A stretch of DNA of 63,099 nucleotides, counting the filler, from Octopus bimaculoides (lineage: Eukaryota): assembly GCF_001194135.2 (NCBI RefSeq). It is 7 parts of 7 records of this genome, joined end to end, with 100 filler letters (N's around TTAATTAATTAA, not from the genome) between each part and the next. Parts side by side here need not be neighbours in the genome. Positions count along the whole stretch, not along the records: positions 14,968 to 29,235 come from NC_068983.1; positions 29,336 to 37,983 come from NC_068981.1; 5 more parts are not named here. One strand, given 5' to 3'. The notes under the pieces were generated by a model that was given only the letters and a program-made list of their open reading frames with translations, did not search any database and was not told the origin of the DNA. This document shows positions 24,777 to 38,083 of the stretch, in pieces (positions within the stretch are counted from its first letter, which is position 1; each line of letters begins with the position of its first letter). The position numbers and the translations under genes were made by a program.

Positions 24777-25163
24777 GTGGAGGCGGAACGGCCTAGTGGT
24801 TAGGGTAGCGGACTCGCGGTCGTAAGATCGCGGTTTCGATTCCCAGACCAGGCGTTGTGAGTGTTTATTGAGCGAAAACACGTAAAGCTCCAGGAGGCTC
24901 TGGCAGTCGGTGATAGCGAACCCTACTGTATCCTTTCACCACAAAGTTCTCTCACTCTTTCTTCCTGTTTCTGTTGTACCTGTATTTCAAAGGGGCCAGC
25001 CTTGTCACACTCTGTGTGACGCTGAATTTTCCCGAGAACTACCTTAAGGGTACACGTGTCTGTGGAGTGATCAGCCACTTGCACGTTAATTTCACGAGCA
25101 GGTAGTTCCGTTGATTAGATCAACTGGAACATTCATCGTCGTAACCGACGGAGTGCCACAACG
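24777..25163 (+). mobile_element. Full-length tRNA-derived SINE with 12-bp TSD
   Basis: A box GGCCTAGTGG; B box GGTTTCGATTCCC; ATAGGAGTAAGG duplicated at 24765-24776 and 25164-25175; homologous to 53607-53995. Confidence 0.9.
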
Positions 25164-26800
25164 ATAGGAGTAAGGTGTAGTCATTTATTTTGTGAGCATG
25201 CTTCCTTCGGTGAGTCGAGTAAGCTTTATATACCGTTGTTCAAAGGCTAGCAAATAACAGAGTTAAGAATGGGAGACTAACACCTGCCGCATCTTCTCTG
25301 GTATCGACTACAGTGTGAGACAAACCATAAGAAATTGTCATAAATTTGTATCTGATATAACAGTTTGAGTAAACATACAGCACTCCATACAATTTTAAGT
25401 GTCCCTCACTTAGCTGCAGTGCGTTCGATGATTTTTTTTATGTTTGTGGCTTTATAATCATGAGGAATTACGAAGAAGATTTTTCTATTGGTGTTTCTGT
25501 AGTCTTCCCTAAGAGTTTGGTTGTGAAATGTGATGTAATGGTTGCATTCCCTTTCATAAATTATTAATAAAGCATTGATATATACTAATGCAGTTTCAAT
25601 TCATCTCGTTTAGAAATAAGTTCGCTTTAAATTTGAGAATATATCCTTTGTTTTAAGCATGCGGAAAAAAATATTTTATTCGCTTTGTATAGATTGCTCT
25701 TGAGTATCGTTAACACACACACATACACACTCAAATACAAACACAACACACACACATACACACATAATTCATATATATATATATATATATATATATGAAT
25801 TAATTTTATTAGACAAAATAGACGCCTGCATACACGCATATAAACACACAGCACAGCACATGTATATACGAGCGGCGGATTTTTAACATTGTTTCTGTGG
25901 ACCAGATTTCACTTGTAAGTGATTGTTCATCATGAATATCGCGGTGATGTATGCTGTAATATAATTGGGAGGCTCTTATAAGTTGTGCCGGAAAGCAATT
26001 TCGATTTCGTGTCGAAAACTAATTATTTTCATTTAATCATCTAATGCATTTCAGAGAGATATTAATGTTTCTTATTACTTATGATTTTTCGCTAAAAATA
26101 CACTTTCTGTGTCTATAATCAATAAACGGAAACTGAAAATATTTATATGAGTACCAGTTTGAGAAAAGTTGGTGGAAATATTCGATAGCCGAATGATTAT
26201 AGCCAACTAAATGTTTAGATGAAGGGAGGGGGAGATTGCGATTTACGAAAGAAAATAATTGCCATAAAAATAATAATAATGTCTGGAAAATATTCGTTTT
26301 TCGTCTTAATAGAACAATAATGATTTGTTATATTTTTATGACTTAGTAGCATCAGAATGGCGGCGCTTATTAGATTTTGCATGGCCGAACTTAGACAATT
26401 TAATAAAGTCGTTTTTATTTGCTAGTTTTATATACTTTAGATGATTTTAGTATTCATCCAGCTGTAGTCGACGAAATAAGTACGAATAATATATTAGAGA
26501 CGATACAAATTAAGTCTACTTCTGCATTTTAATGACTTTGACCAGAAAACGGAAGATGAAAATAAAATAAGAGAAAGAATGAAAGAATGAAAAATTATCC
26601 ATTGGAATCCATACGCTTCTGGCACACGTTGAAATGACACTGGTGTGATATCAACATGTATATTTAAGGGAACAGATAACGATTATAGAAAATCGTGCAA
26701 TCGGTATCAATGTTGCAACAACATATTGATACAATTATACAAAAAATATTATAAATCGTCTCTTGTATGAACTTTGAATTTTGATTCTCAAATGAAGCTA

Positions 26801-27038
26801 CAGTAATCCCTCTACTATCGCGGGTGTTACCTTCCAACCCCTAATCCGCGATAGGTGAAAATCCGCGAAGTAGAAACAATACTGTACTGTATATTTTTTT
26901 TTTATTATTTTTATAATTTGTATACATTTATTTTATCATAAATGCAGAAAAAAACACGGAAGAATCGACGTAATTTTAAATAAAAACCACCATAAGTGAA
27001 CTGCGATAGGTGAACCGCTATATAGCGAAGCATTACTT
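26801..27038. mobile_element. Tigger/pogo-type MITE
   Basis: TA-flanked; left TIR CAGTAATCCCTCTACTATCGCG versus right reverse complement AAGTAATGCTTCGCTATATAGCG; internal repeated gcgataggtgaa. Confidence 0.75.
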
Positions 27039-28006
27039 TATACCAAAGCTTAGATATAAGAACTTATTGTCCATACAATAATTCTTACTTGGAACATACT
27101 GGACGGCTATTGTGCTTTCGAAGATAATTCAGCAAAGTGCAGAATATATCATTCTGTTTTTAGCTGATTTACAACATGCATAACTGAAATAATCGGGAAA
27201 TCACATGTAATAAATATAGTTACATATATACTGGTCTGTATATATTACAATGAATATTTTCAATTATTTTTTACATGTTCTATAAATTTAATAAAAGGCT
27301 TGTGCCTTTCGGTAAGTGTTTCCATTATATTTACACTCTCCCCAGTCGCTGTTGCTAACCATTCTGATACGGGAGTGATTATTGTTTTCTGCTAGATATG
27401 TCTAGCCTATCGAGAAGTATTAGATGTGGTTTGTATAATATAAATTTTGCTTCACAGTAAATAAAGTGTTCCCTCATTGAGAGACTTTTGTCACAAACGT
27501 CAATGATAAGACATTTGAATTAAGTTTTTATGCTCCATATTTACTTGAATCGATGATGTGTCAAAAGAGAACATATGATTTATTTAACGTTTCAGGAAAG
27601 GACTTTTGTTGTAATTTCATTTCCCATTTTATTTTGTTACATGTTGTATTTAATGATTAGCTTTGATTTATTGTATCGGTGTTCCAGTAGTTTATGAGGT
27701 ATGTGTGATATTAATATAAATTGATATTCAGGTGCTGGGTATGTCTGTGGATGAAATAACTCAGACTTCTATCGTAATTTTAGTGTGATTGATTCGTCTG
27801 GTATAAATGTTTGAACCATAATTGTGTCTGTTTCTCTACTGTTTAATGCATAGAGAGACACTTTGATGTGTTAACACTATATCTATAATGGATAAGGATG
27901 TAATGACAGTACTTACCCAGCATAGTTTCATTGCCGTTTACAATGTAACGAAGGTTATTAGGAGCAGATGTATTTGTAAGTAGATGTAAATATATAGTTT
28001 TCTTAC

Positions 28007-28287
28007 TTTCAACTGTATGAAGGGTGATAAGATGAATATAGTTTCCTTGCTAGGTAGGGCAGTTGGGCTTACGATTTTTCCCCGAGTTTTCTCTGCTTTA
28101 CCCAGTGCAAGGTTGGCAGCCGTATTTCTGAATAATTCCGCAAAATATAGACACGGCCAGAACTCAGAACTCCAGTAGGTTTCTAAGAATACGACCGGCA
28201 CACATCTGCCACCTAGATACAAACTAGACACGTAAAAGCAACACCATATAGGTTTCACCGCCATTAACAAATGCCGTAGAGCATTTC
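28007..28287 (-). other. Candidate orphan exon (coding status unknown)
   Basis: Strong polypyrimidine acceptor ttcttgtttttgtatttctcttacag|G and donor AAA|gtaaga; one frame is open across all 281 nt; no family recognised. Confidence 0.35.
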
Positions 28288-28379
28288 CTGTAAGAGAAAT
28301 ACAAAAACAAGAATGAAGTATTGATATATAATATGAATATATACATGACATATAAGGAGAATTTAAGTGGGCTAATAAT

Positions 28380-29010
28380 ATCCTTTTCTACTCTAGGCAC
28401 AAGGCCCGATTAGATGACCCCAGTAAACGACTGGTACTTGAATTATCGACCTCGAAAGGATTAAAGGTAAAGCCTACTCAGCGGAATTTGTACTCAGAAC
28501 ATAAAGACAGACGAAATACCGCTAAGCATTTCGCCCGACGTGCTAACGTTTCTTATTTCTTTATTGCCAACAATGGACTAAATATAGAGGGGGCAAACAA
28601 GGACAGAATAAGGGATTAAGTCGATTACATCAACCCCAGTGCGTAACTGGTACTTAATTTATTGACCCCGAAAGGATGAAAGGCGAAGTCGATCTCGGCG
28701 GAATTTCAACTCAACGTAAATATAGACGAAATACCGCTAAGCATTTCGCCCGGTGTGCTAACGTTTCTGCCTGTTCGCCGCCTTAGTGGATTAATAATAT
28801 TTATTTCTTTATTGCCCACAGGGGGCTAAACACGGACAGACAAAGGGATTAAGTCGATTACATCTACCCCAGTGCGTAACTGGTACTTATTTATCGACCC
28901 TGAGAGGATAAAAGGCAAAGTCGACCTTGGCGGAATTTGAATTCAGAACGTAAAGACAGACGAAATACCAATTTCTTTATTACCCACAAGGGGCTAAACA
29001 CAGATGGGAC
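28380..29010 (-). mobile_element. Array of three-plus short SINE copies in the same orientation
   Basis: Repeated units of about 200 nt (tttctttattgcccaca...gacagacgaaatacc). Confidence 0.85.
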
Positions 29011-29462
29011 AATACACACACGCGGGGACAATTAACACATGATAGAATGGAACAATGAAATTAAACAATGATGATGGGACGGCCACCCCAGCCCCACCCC
29101 GGGGCGGCCGCGTTATTTCAATTATTTCAACAGTTCTAAATAGTTCCTTTCACAGTCTTCGATAGTTCTTTTAAAAATTATCTCAATAATTTATCCAAAA
29201 TAAAACTACTCACCATTTTATATAATCTTTTATTTNNNNNNNNNNNNNNNNNNNNNNNNNNNNNNNNNNNNNNNNNNNNTTAATTAATTAANNNNNNNNN
29301 NNNNNNNNNNNNNNNNNNNNNNNNNNNNNNNNNNNTGTCCCTCCCAACATCGCTTGACAACCTATGCTGTTGTGTTCATGTCCTGGCGTCGATTTGCTCG
29401 ACTAAAGGCGGTGCTCCAGCATGGCTGCAGTCAAATGACTGAAACAGATAAAAAAAGAGAGA

Positions 29463-29509
<47 letters not shown>

Positions 29510-29514
<5 letters not shown>

Positions 29515-29743
29515 TGTAGAATCGTTAGCAGGCCGGAATAAAAATGCTTGGCGGCATTTCGCCCAACTTCACCTTCTGAGTTCAATTTCTCCCGAGGTCG
29601 ACTTTGCCTTTTATCCTTTCGGGGTCGATGAAATAAGTGAAGTGTTAGTGGAATACTAGCGTCGATGTAATCGATAAATTAAGCACCAGTGGCGCACTGG
29701 GGTCCCAATCTGGGGTTATGTAATTGACTAACCTCCTCCTCCA
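29510..29743 (+). mobile_element. Short SINE copy
   Basis: gtagaatcgttagca..ttctgagttcaa..gtcgactttgcc, same family as 513-722. Confidence 0.8.
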
Positions 29744-31382
29744 AATCAACAGAAATCACTGGTCGCTGGATCGAACACTTCTCTGAACTCCTAAACGATG
29801 AGTCAGTTGTGGATGAAACAGTGATTGATTGATACTATGCAACAAAGACCTATCATTGGCTCCTTAAATTCCACGCCCTCAGTAGATGAGGTAATGATAG
29901 CAATAAGTAAACTGAATCTTGGCAGGTCACCTTGAAGGGATGGAATTTGTGCTGAGGTCTTACGATTTGGTGGTGTTTATATCATACTGTCCCTTCATGA
30001 ATTTATTAGTGCAGTCTGGAGGGATGGTGCAATGCCTAAGGACTGGAAGGATGTAATTATTCTTCCTGTCTATAAAGGAAAAGGAACCAGAACAATGTGT
30101 GGCAACTACAGAGGTATTGCTTTACTATCAGCTGCTGGCAAGGTCCTGGCAAATATTCTTCTTACCCATCTGAATGGGTATCTCGTAAATGATGTCCTAT
30201 CTGAATCTCAATGTGGCTTCCAATCTGGTAGAGGGACAATGGATATGATTTTCACAGCAAGACAGATGCAGAAGAAGTGCTATGAGCAGAATATAGATCT
30301 TGTCCAGGTATTCACTGATTTAACGAAGACCTTTGATATTGTGAATAGGGCATTGCTATGGAAAATACTTGGCAAACTTGGATGTCCGGATCACTTTGTA
30401 TCTATAATTAAATCATTTTAAAATGGAATGGAGGCTTGGGGGTCAATGTTGGTGGTGGAATAGCTGGACCCATTCGTGTAGAGAATGGGGTCAAGCAGGG
30501 TGACATTCTTGCTCCAACTCTCTAGCTATCTTGGTTGAAGGAACGATTCTGAAAGTGGTAGACAAGTTTGTCTAACTAGACAGCACACTCAACCATTCTT
30601 GCTCCCTGGATGACGAAATATCTTTCAGGCTGCAGAGAGCAACTGATTCCTTCCAGTCTTTTCAGTATCGTGTCTGGTCCAGCAAGGCATCACAAAGCAA
30701 CCAAAAATTGCTGTGTACCATGAAATGTACTGACATCGCTCCTTTACTCATGTAAGACATGGACCCTTTACAAACATCATGTAGGGGTCCTTGAACGCTT
30801 TCATCAGAGATGTCTCAGACACATTCTGGATGTTGGCTGTACCTTAAAAACTCCAGACACACAGGTCCTGAGGACAGCTGATATCTTGAGTATTGAGGTG
30901 ATGGTGTTCAAGCACCGGTTACGTTGAACTGGATACCCTATTAGAATGAAGAATAGCAGGATCCCTAAGCAGATGCTATAAGGGGAACTTGTGAATGGAA
31001 AGAGACCTTGACAGAAACCAAGGCTGCGATTTAAGAAATGTGTCAAGTCCTCATTGAAGGCCTGTGATATGCAGGAGACTGACTGGGAGAGCAATGCCTG
31101 TCATTGTCACAGATGGAGGAAGCAGGTTAAAGAGGGGGTCGATACTTTAGAGAGAGCACGTATTCTGCATGAAGAACTTAAGCGTGCTGCTCGAAAGCGC
31201 ACTGTTGGTAATACGAATGGGGAAAGCTTGGTTTGCAATGTTTGCAGTCGTGTATGTTTGTCAAGAGCAGGGCTCATTAGCCACCAATTGAGTCGCAAAT
31301 GCAAAATATAAGTTAGTCCTAGAGGGCACAATGTTCCTGATGATCAGCAATGGTCTTTCTAGGTCACGAGTGGACGGCCATC
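29744..31382 (+). mobile_element. 5'-truncated RTE-clade LINE with RT and C-terminal Cys/His motif, decayed
   Basis: MPKDWKDVIILPVYKGKG..CGNYRGIALLSAAGKVLA..ESQCGFQSGRGTMDMIF..DLTKTFD..GVKQGDILAPTL; YADD region deleted; C-terminal CNVCSRVCLSRAGLISH; short 3' UTR. Confidence 0.92.
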
Positions 31383-32271
31383 ATATATATATATATATAT
31401 AAATATATATANNNNNNNNNNNNNNNNNNNNNNNNNNNNNNNNNNNNNNNNNNNNNNNNNNNNNNNNNNNNNNNNNNNNNNNNNNNNNNNNNNNNNNNNN
31501 NNNNNNNNNNNNNNNNNNNNNNNNNNNNNNNNNNNNNNNNNNNNNNNNNNNNNNNNNNNNNNNNNNNNNNNNNNNNNNNNNNNNNNNNNNNNNNNNNNNN
31601 NNNNNNNNNNNNNNNNNNNNNNNNNNNNNNNNNNNNNNNNNNNNNNNNNNNNNNNNNNNNNNNNNNNNNNNNNNNNNNNNNNNNNNNNNNNNNNNNNNNN
31701 NNNNNNNNNNNNNNNNNNNNNNNNNNNNNNNNNNNNNNNNNNNNNNNNNNNNNNNNNNNNNNNNNNNNNNNNNNNNNNNNNNNNNNNNNNNNNNNNNNNN
31801 NNNNNNNNNNNNNNNNNNNNNNNNNNNNNNNNNNNNNNNNNNNNNNNNNNNNNNNNNNNNNNNNNNNNNNNNNNNNNNNNNNNNNNNNNNNNNNNNNNNN
31901 NNNNNNNNNNNNNNNNNNNNNNNNNNNNNNNNNNNNNNNNNNNNNNNNNNNNNNNNNNNNNNNNNNNNNNNNNNNNNNNNNNNNNNNNNNNNNNNNNNNN
32001 NNNNNNNNNNNNNNNNNNNNNNNNNNNNNNNNNNNNNNNNNNNNNNNNNNNNNNNNNNNNNNNNNNNNNNNNNNNNNNNNNNNNNNNNNNNNNNNNNNNN
32101 NNNNNNNNNNNNNNNNNNNNNNNNNNNNNNNNNNNNNNNNNNNNNNNNNNNNNNNNNNNNNNNNNNNNNNNNNNNNNNNNNNNNNNNNNNNNNNNNNNNN
32201 NNNNNNNNNNNNNNNNNNNNNNNNNNNNNNNNNNNNNNNNNNNNNNNNNNNNNNNNATATATATATATATA

Positions 32272-33153
32272 TAGGGTGCGATGGATAAATTGTCACCATT
32301 TTATATTTTTAAATTTCGCGCACGTGCATTGTTTTTTTAAATGTTGTCGACTACACAACATAGTAGGGTCTGTTGGGCACCGTCTGTGAGAAAAACAGTA
32401 CCATGATGCAATTCAATCTGCTATAAACTCGGAGATGACATGCTGTACTCCAATTCATGCTGGTAGCTCCAATACGAACATTTCAAAGTGTTTGGGTGTC
32501 TATCTGAGGACAGTGCAATCTGAAGACATGTGCCGAAAATGATAAAAATTAAACATCCGGTCAACATCATGCTGTTTAGAGTGATCACTAGTGATGGCGA
32601 CGTTATGCCTCCATTCAACTTCCCACACGCCCTTACACTCAACACGGAGGCGTATATCAAGTGCCTGGAAGAGGTAGTGCTGCTCTACGTTAAGGGGGTG
32701 ACTGCTGGAAGACCCTATGTCTGGCAACAGGACTCTGTATCATGCCACTCAAGCAGGAGAACCCGGTCATGGCTGTCAGACAATTTCTGCAATCACATCA
32801 CCCCAAACATCAGGTCATTTAACTCCCCAGACTGTAATCCCCTTGATTATTATTTGTGGAGCGCAGTTGAGCGAGAGACCAACAGAACTTCTAACACCAA
32901 AGATGAACTGAAAGCAAAGATAATTGCAGCATTCACCAGCTTAAACAAAGAGAACGTCCAGAAGAGTTGCAGAAAATTCCGAAGTCGTCTGGAGGCCGTG
33001 GTTCAAGCTAATGGCTATTTTATTGAATAAATTTACTCTTTAATATTTCAAGATATTTTTGTGTAATTTTCGTAAGTATATCTGTTAAAATGAGATGTCG
33101 GTACTATTTCAATTTTTGCGTAATTTAGACGACAGTTCATTCACCGCACCCTG
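32272..33153 (+). mobile_element. Internally deleted maT-type (DD37D) transposon, copy 2
   Basis: TIRs tagggtgcgatggataaattgtcacc / gacgacagttcattcaccgcaccctg with TA flanks. ORF 32530-33030 has QQD..SPDCNPLD with 37 residues between the two catalytic Asp (hand count). Confidence 0.9.
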
Positions 33154-33159
33154 TATATG

Positions 33160-33201
<42 letters not shown>

Positions 33202-33600
33202 NNNNNNNNNNNNNNNNNNNNNNNNNNNNNNNNNNNNNNNNNNNNNNNNNNNNNNNNNNNNNNNNNNNNNNNNNNNNNNNNNNNNNNNNNNNNNNNNNNN
33301 NNNNNNNNNNNNNNNNNNNNNNNNNNNNNGAACATGAAATATATATGGACGTGGGGGAGGGGAGTTATGTGCGCGTGTCTTTGTGTCTTTGTCTCTCCAC
33401 CAATGCATGACAACCGATGTTGGTGTGTTTACGTCACCCCTAAACTAGCGGTTCGGCAAAAGAGACAAGATAGAATGATTATTAGGCTTTCAAAGGATAT
33501 GTTCTGGGATCTATTTCCTCAACTAAAACTCGTTCGGGCATTGCTCCTGCATGGCTGCAGTCGGATGACTGAAAAGAAAAACAAAAAATACATACATACA

Positions 33601-33631
<31 letters not shown>

Positions 33632-33699
33632 GGAAATATCGCGAGATGCATACATCGTTTCGGGTTCAGGCACTTCCTAAATAAATAAATCTAGGTACA

Positions 33700-35570
33700 G
33701 TCTTAAACCTTTGACCATTCACATCTATAAAAGGTTCCACATACATCTTGGCGGGAGCAGGCTAGTACATTATAACAGATTTTTTTTAGATTGATCGCTA
33801 GACCCAATGTTGCACATGCTGCAGAAATGGCATTCAGCATGTGCTGCATTACTTTCTGAAAATGTGCCAACAGGTCACAATCATCTGCATACAGGAACTC
33901 AACGAGGTGAGAATGAGATCTTTCGTTTTGGCACAGTCTTTTGAGATTGAACAGTTTTCCCGTTGTCCTATATATTATATAGACCCCTTCAGTGCAATCT
34001 TCAAAAGCTATTTGAAAGTTTATTGAAAAATACATAGCAAACAATGTAGGAGCAGTAATATCACCTTGTTTTATACCATATTCTACAGAAATTGGATATG
34101 ATAAGGTACCTCCAACATTAATTCTCACTTCCATCTTGTCATGAAATTGTTTAAGCATTCTCACAACTTTTTCAGGATCTCCCAAAGTATAATTCTATTG
34201 ATAGAATCAAACGCGTTTGTTAGATCAATGAAAACCTGGTATAAGTCCATATCCTGTTCGTTGCACTTCTCTTGCAACTGTCTAGCTGAAAATATTACAT
34301 CCATAGTACTCCTACTATACCATATTTCGATTCTGGTAGAACCTCATCAGCAATGTGCAGAAGCAATCTGTCCAGCATTACCCTACAGAGGACCTTTCCA
34401 GCAACAGCTAACAGACAGATGGTATGATAATTATCACAGACATCCTTACAACCTTTAGATTTATATAGTATCTCCATAGTTGCATCAAGCCAATCAGGAG
34501 GAACCTCTTCACTATGTCAAAGCCTCTGAATCACATCCGTCAACATTGTACAGAGATGATCACTTCCATATTTATATATCTCTACACCAAGTCCATCCAT
34601 ACCAGAGACCTTTCCATTGTTCAATTTCCAGCCAGGTTTGGAACTTCTGCTATAAGATGTTTTATTGGTCTCTCAAGTTATATTATCAAGAAAAGAGAGG
34701 TTAACTTCAGTGGGTCTATTGAGCAACTCATGAAAATGTTCTTTCCATCTCCCAACAACATCTTTAAGATTTGTTAATAATTCTGTGCCATCCTTGCTCT
34801 GAAGCAGTGCAACCTTTGATGAAACTGGTCCATAAACGTTTTCAAGAGAGAGTAAAGAAGTTTGGAATTGTTAGCATTTGAAGTTCCTTGGATTTCATCA
34901 AATCTATCACTCCACCAATTTTCCTGCATCATCCGTAGCTTCCTCTGCACTGTTGCTTTTACTACCTTGAAATATTGTCAACATTTTGTAACATGTTAAA
35001 TGCCTTTCACTTCTCCTCTAAGATAAGACTAACTTCTTTATCATTATCGTGAAACCAAGCTTAGTGTTTTTTTTGTTTGTTTTACAACAAAGCCAAGAAT
35101 GTTTCTACAAACCTTGTGTACTCTTTCTTTGAATGACTTCCAACTTCCATCACAAGACAAATTATTTATCTCACTCACAAACTCATTGCGTACTGATGGA
35201 ATATTAAGTTTATTGATATCAATCCGTTTAGGTAACTTGTCATTATTTGCGCTAACCTTAGGCTTGACAACAAAATTCACCTTGGCACGCAAAAGCCTAT
35301 GGTCAGTCCAGCACTCTGCACCACGCATCACTCGTACAATAGCAAGATGTTCACTTCTTTTCCCTCTCCAGCAATACCTGTGCTTGACACTTTTTAAAGC
35401 GAGGAAAAGTTTTGCACAGCAACCATTCCCACTCTCTAAACTACAAAGCTTGATCCAAAAAGAAGAGCAAGTCGACATCATCAGGTGCATCTGCAGTCGC
35501 AGGTTTTATATCAGTGTCTTTCTCAGTCTTTGCCCAACCAAAGTCTAACTACAAGTCAGCAGTGAAGTAT
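33700..35570 (-). mobile_element. Decayed RTE-clade LINE (EN end to RT)
   Basis: VMRGAECWTDHRLLRAK (EN); CDNYHTICLLAVAGKVL..EVLPESKYG; GIKQGDITAPTLF..FLYADD (RT). Confidence 0.9.
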
Positions 35571-36429
35571 TTAAATTCAGAGTTATTTTCTCCTAGACAG
35601 ACTGCCTTCGCCACGGCTTGGGTAAACAGAGGAGTTCTATCCATTCCTCATCTATTTATTTAAAAAAAAAACTAAAATAAGAAAAATTAAAAATTAAAAA
35701 TTGAGATAAAATTGACTAAAATTAAGAATAAAATTGACATACGATATATACATTTTAAAACACAATATACAATATGCACACACACGGGTTGAAATACAAT
35801 ATGTGCAATACATACACACACAGAGTTTAAAATGCAATATATACAATACATACACACACACACTCAAACGCTCCACACGCACGTCCACAAACATACGTTG
35901 TTGAATGGCCGCTGACTACTCTATAGTTCCTCCGCCCTTTGACGGGTCTTATTTTTTGTCCCGAAGTGTGTCCAACAAGCAAGCCTGGTGGGGTTGCCAG
36001 TTTAGTCGCCGACGACCCGACTGTGTAACAGGTTGTACTGGATTACATGGTACTTTTCATCTCTGGCTTGTTTTAGTCTTTAGGCTGCGGCCGTGCAGTC
36101 GATTTAGTCCAACAAATGACCACAGTTCATATTTGTTTCTCGGCCCGGTGATAATTTTATCGGTGTCCTTTCGATACATTACTGATAAATTACGGGAAGT
36201 AAACAAACCTATATCGGTTGTCAAACCGTGGTATAAGATAAACCCCAAAACACACAAACACACACATACACACACACACACCACACACATATATGACGGA
36301 CTTCTTTCAGTATCAGTTTACCAAATCAATTGAGAATTCTTTGATCAGCCCTGGGCTGAGGTAAAATGCACTTGCCCAAAGTGCGACGCAGTAGGACTTT
36401 ACTCGATACCATGTTGTTGAAAAACGAAC

Positions 36430-36640
36430 TTCTTATATATACAACGGAGAGAAGGCTTAAAAAAATGGAGAAAGTTCGTTTTTCCCCCTCACTCTTTTCT
36501 CCCCTCATTCCTTTCTGTACAAGAGCGTAGACTCGAAACGTTAAAAACGCCTCCATTTTTCCTCAGCGTCAAACTAATACACATTGTTTGTTGTCCTCTC
36601 ACCTGTTTCTATCTTTTGTTTTTGTTTTTTTTGTACCCTT
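36430..36640 (+). mobile_element. Penelope-like terminal repeat remnant with decayed hammerhead
   Basis: CTGTACA-A-GAG-cgtaga-CTC-GAAAC-GTT at 36515-36542; the first core box is mutated. Confidence 0.45.
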
Positions 36641-36727
36641 TTGAACAACACGTACACACACACACACATACACACAAACACTCACACATATATATACATA
36701 TGTATATATATATATACATATATATAC

Positions 36728-36780
<53 letters not shown>

Positions 36781-37361
36781 NNNNNNNNNNNNNNNNNNNN
36801 NNNNNNNNNNNNNNNNNNNNNNNNNNNNNNNNNNNNNNNNNNNNNNNNNNNNNNNNNNNNNNNNNNNNNNNNNNNNNNNNNNNNNNNNNNNNNNNNNNNN
36901 NNNNNNNNNNNNNNNNNNNNNNNNNNNNNNNNNNNNNNNNNNNNNNNNNNNNNNNNNNNNNNNNNNNNNNNNNNNNNNNNNNNNNNNNNNNNNNNNNNNN
37001 NNNNNNNNNNNNNNNNNNNNNNNNNNNNNNNNNNNNNNNNNNNNNNNNNNNNNNNNNNNNNNNNNNNNNNNNNNNNNNNNNNNNNNNNNNNNNNNNNNNN
37101 NNNNNNNNNNNNNNNNNNNNNNNNNNNNNNNNNNNNNNNNNNNNNNNNNNNNNNNNNNNNNNNNNNNNNNNNNNNNNNNNNNNNNNNNNNNNNNNNNNNN
37201 NNNNNNNNNNNNNNNNNNNNNNNNNNNNNNNNNNNNNNNNNNNNNNNNNNNNNNNNNNNNNNNNNNNNNNNNNNNNNNNNNNNNNNNNNNNNNNNNNNNN
37301 NNNNNNNNNNNNNNNNNNNNNNNNNNNNNNNNNNNNNNNNNNNNNNNNNNNNNNNNNNNNN

Positions 37362-37421
<60 letters not shown>

Positions 37422-37944
37422 TGTGTGTGTGTGTGTGTATACATACATACATACATACATACATACATACCTACATGCCTACATACCTACATACATATAT
37501 CATTACATACGAATGAAAGCCATGTGCCGCCACGAGGTGAAAACTTGCTTGCGTGGTACTTATCCATCTTTGATAAGTGTCTCGCTCAAAACTATCGGCC
37601 GTTGAGTCACTTCCGTAGCTCTGAAGCTTCACAAATAATAAATATCAGACATGTTCTCATTTACAGCATTGCATAATTCTATTCTGTTTCTCTTGTCTGC
37701 ATCTCTATACCTACACCACGCATACTGTATGCGCGCGCGCGAGTGTGTGCGTCGTACACATTTACACTTGTGTATTTGACACACACACGTACATGCAGAT
37801 AAACAATCATGCGTACATATGTGCATACAGGTGAGCATACATGCATGTATATATATATATATATATACCAAATTACCCTACCAAATTCTGGAGCCTCAAA
37901 CATTTTAAGTACCACATTTAATCTTTTGATTAAATCTATATTAT

Positions 37945-37983
<39 letters not shown>

Positions 37984-38083
37984 NNNNNNNNNNNNNNNNN
38001 NNNNNNNNNNNNNNNNNNNNNNNNNNNTTAATTAATTAANNNNNNNNNNNNNNNNNNNNNNNNNNNNNNNNNNNNNNNNNNNN

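Noticed and set aside
24777-24850. tRNA-like sequence
   Set aside because: It is the head of a TSD-flanked SINE, not a standalone tRNA gene.
28380-29010. Regularly spaced repeats as a CRISPR-like array
   Set aside because: The units are ~200-nt SINE copies in a eukaryotic genome, with no repeat-spacer structure.
34305-34360. Hammerhead-like CTGATGA-GGTTCT-acc-AGAATC-GAAA on the minus strand
   Set aside because: No stem I pairing, and it coincides with RTE codons ADEVLPESK; treated as chance.
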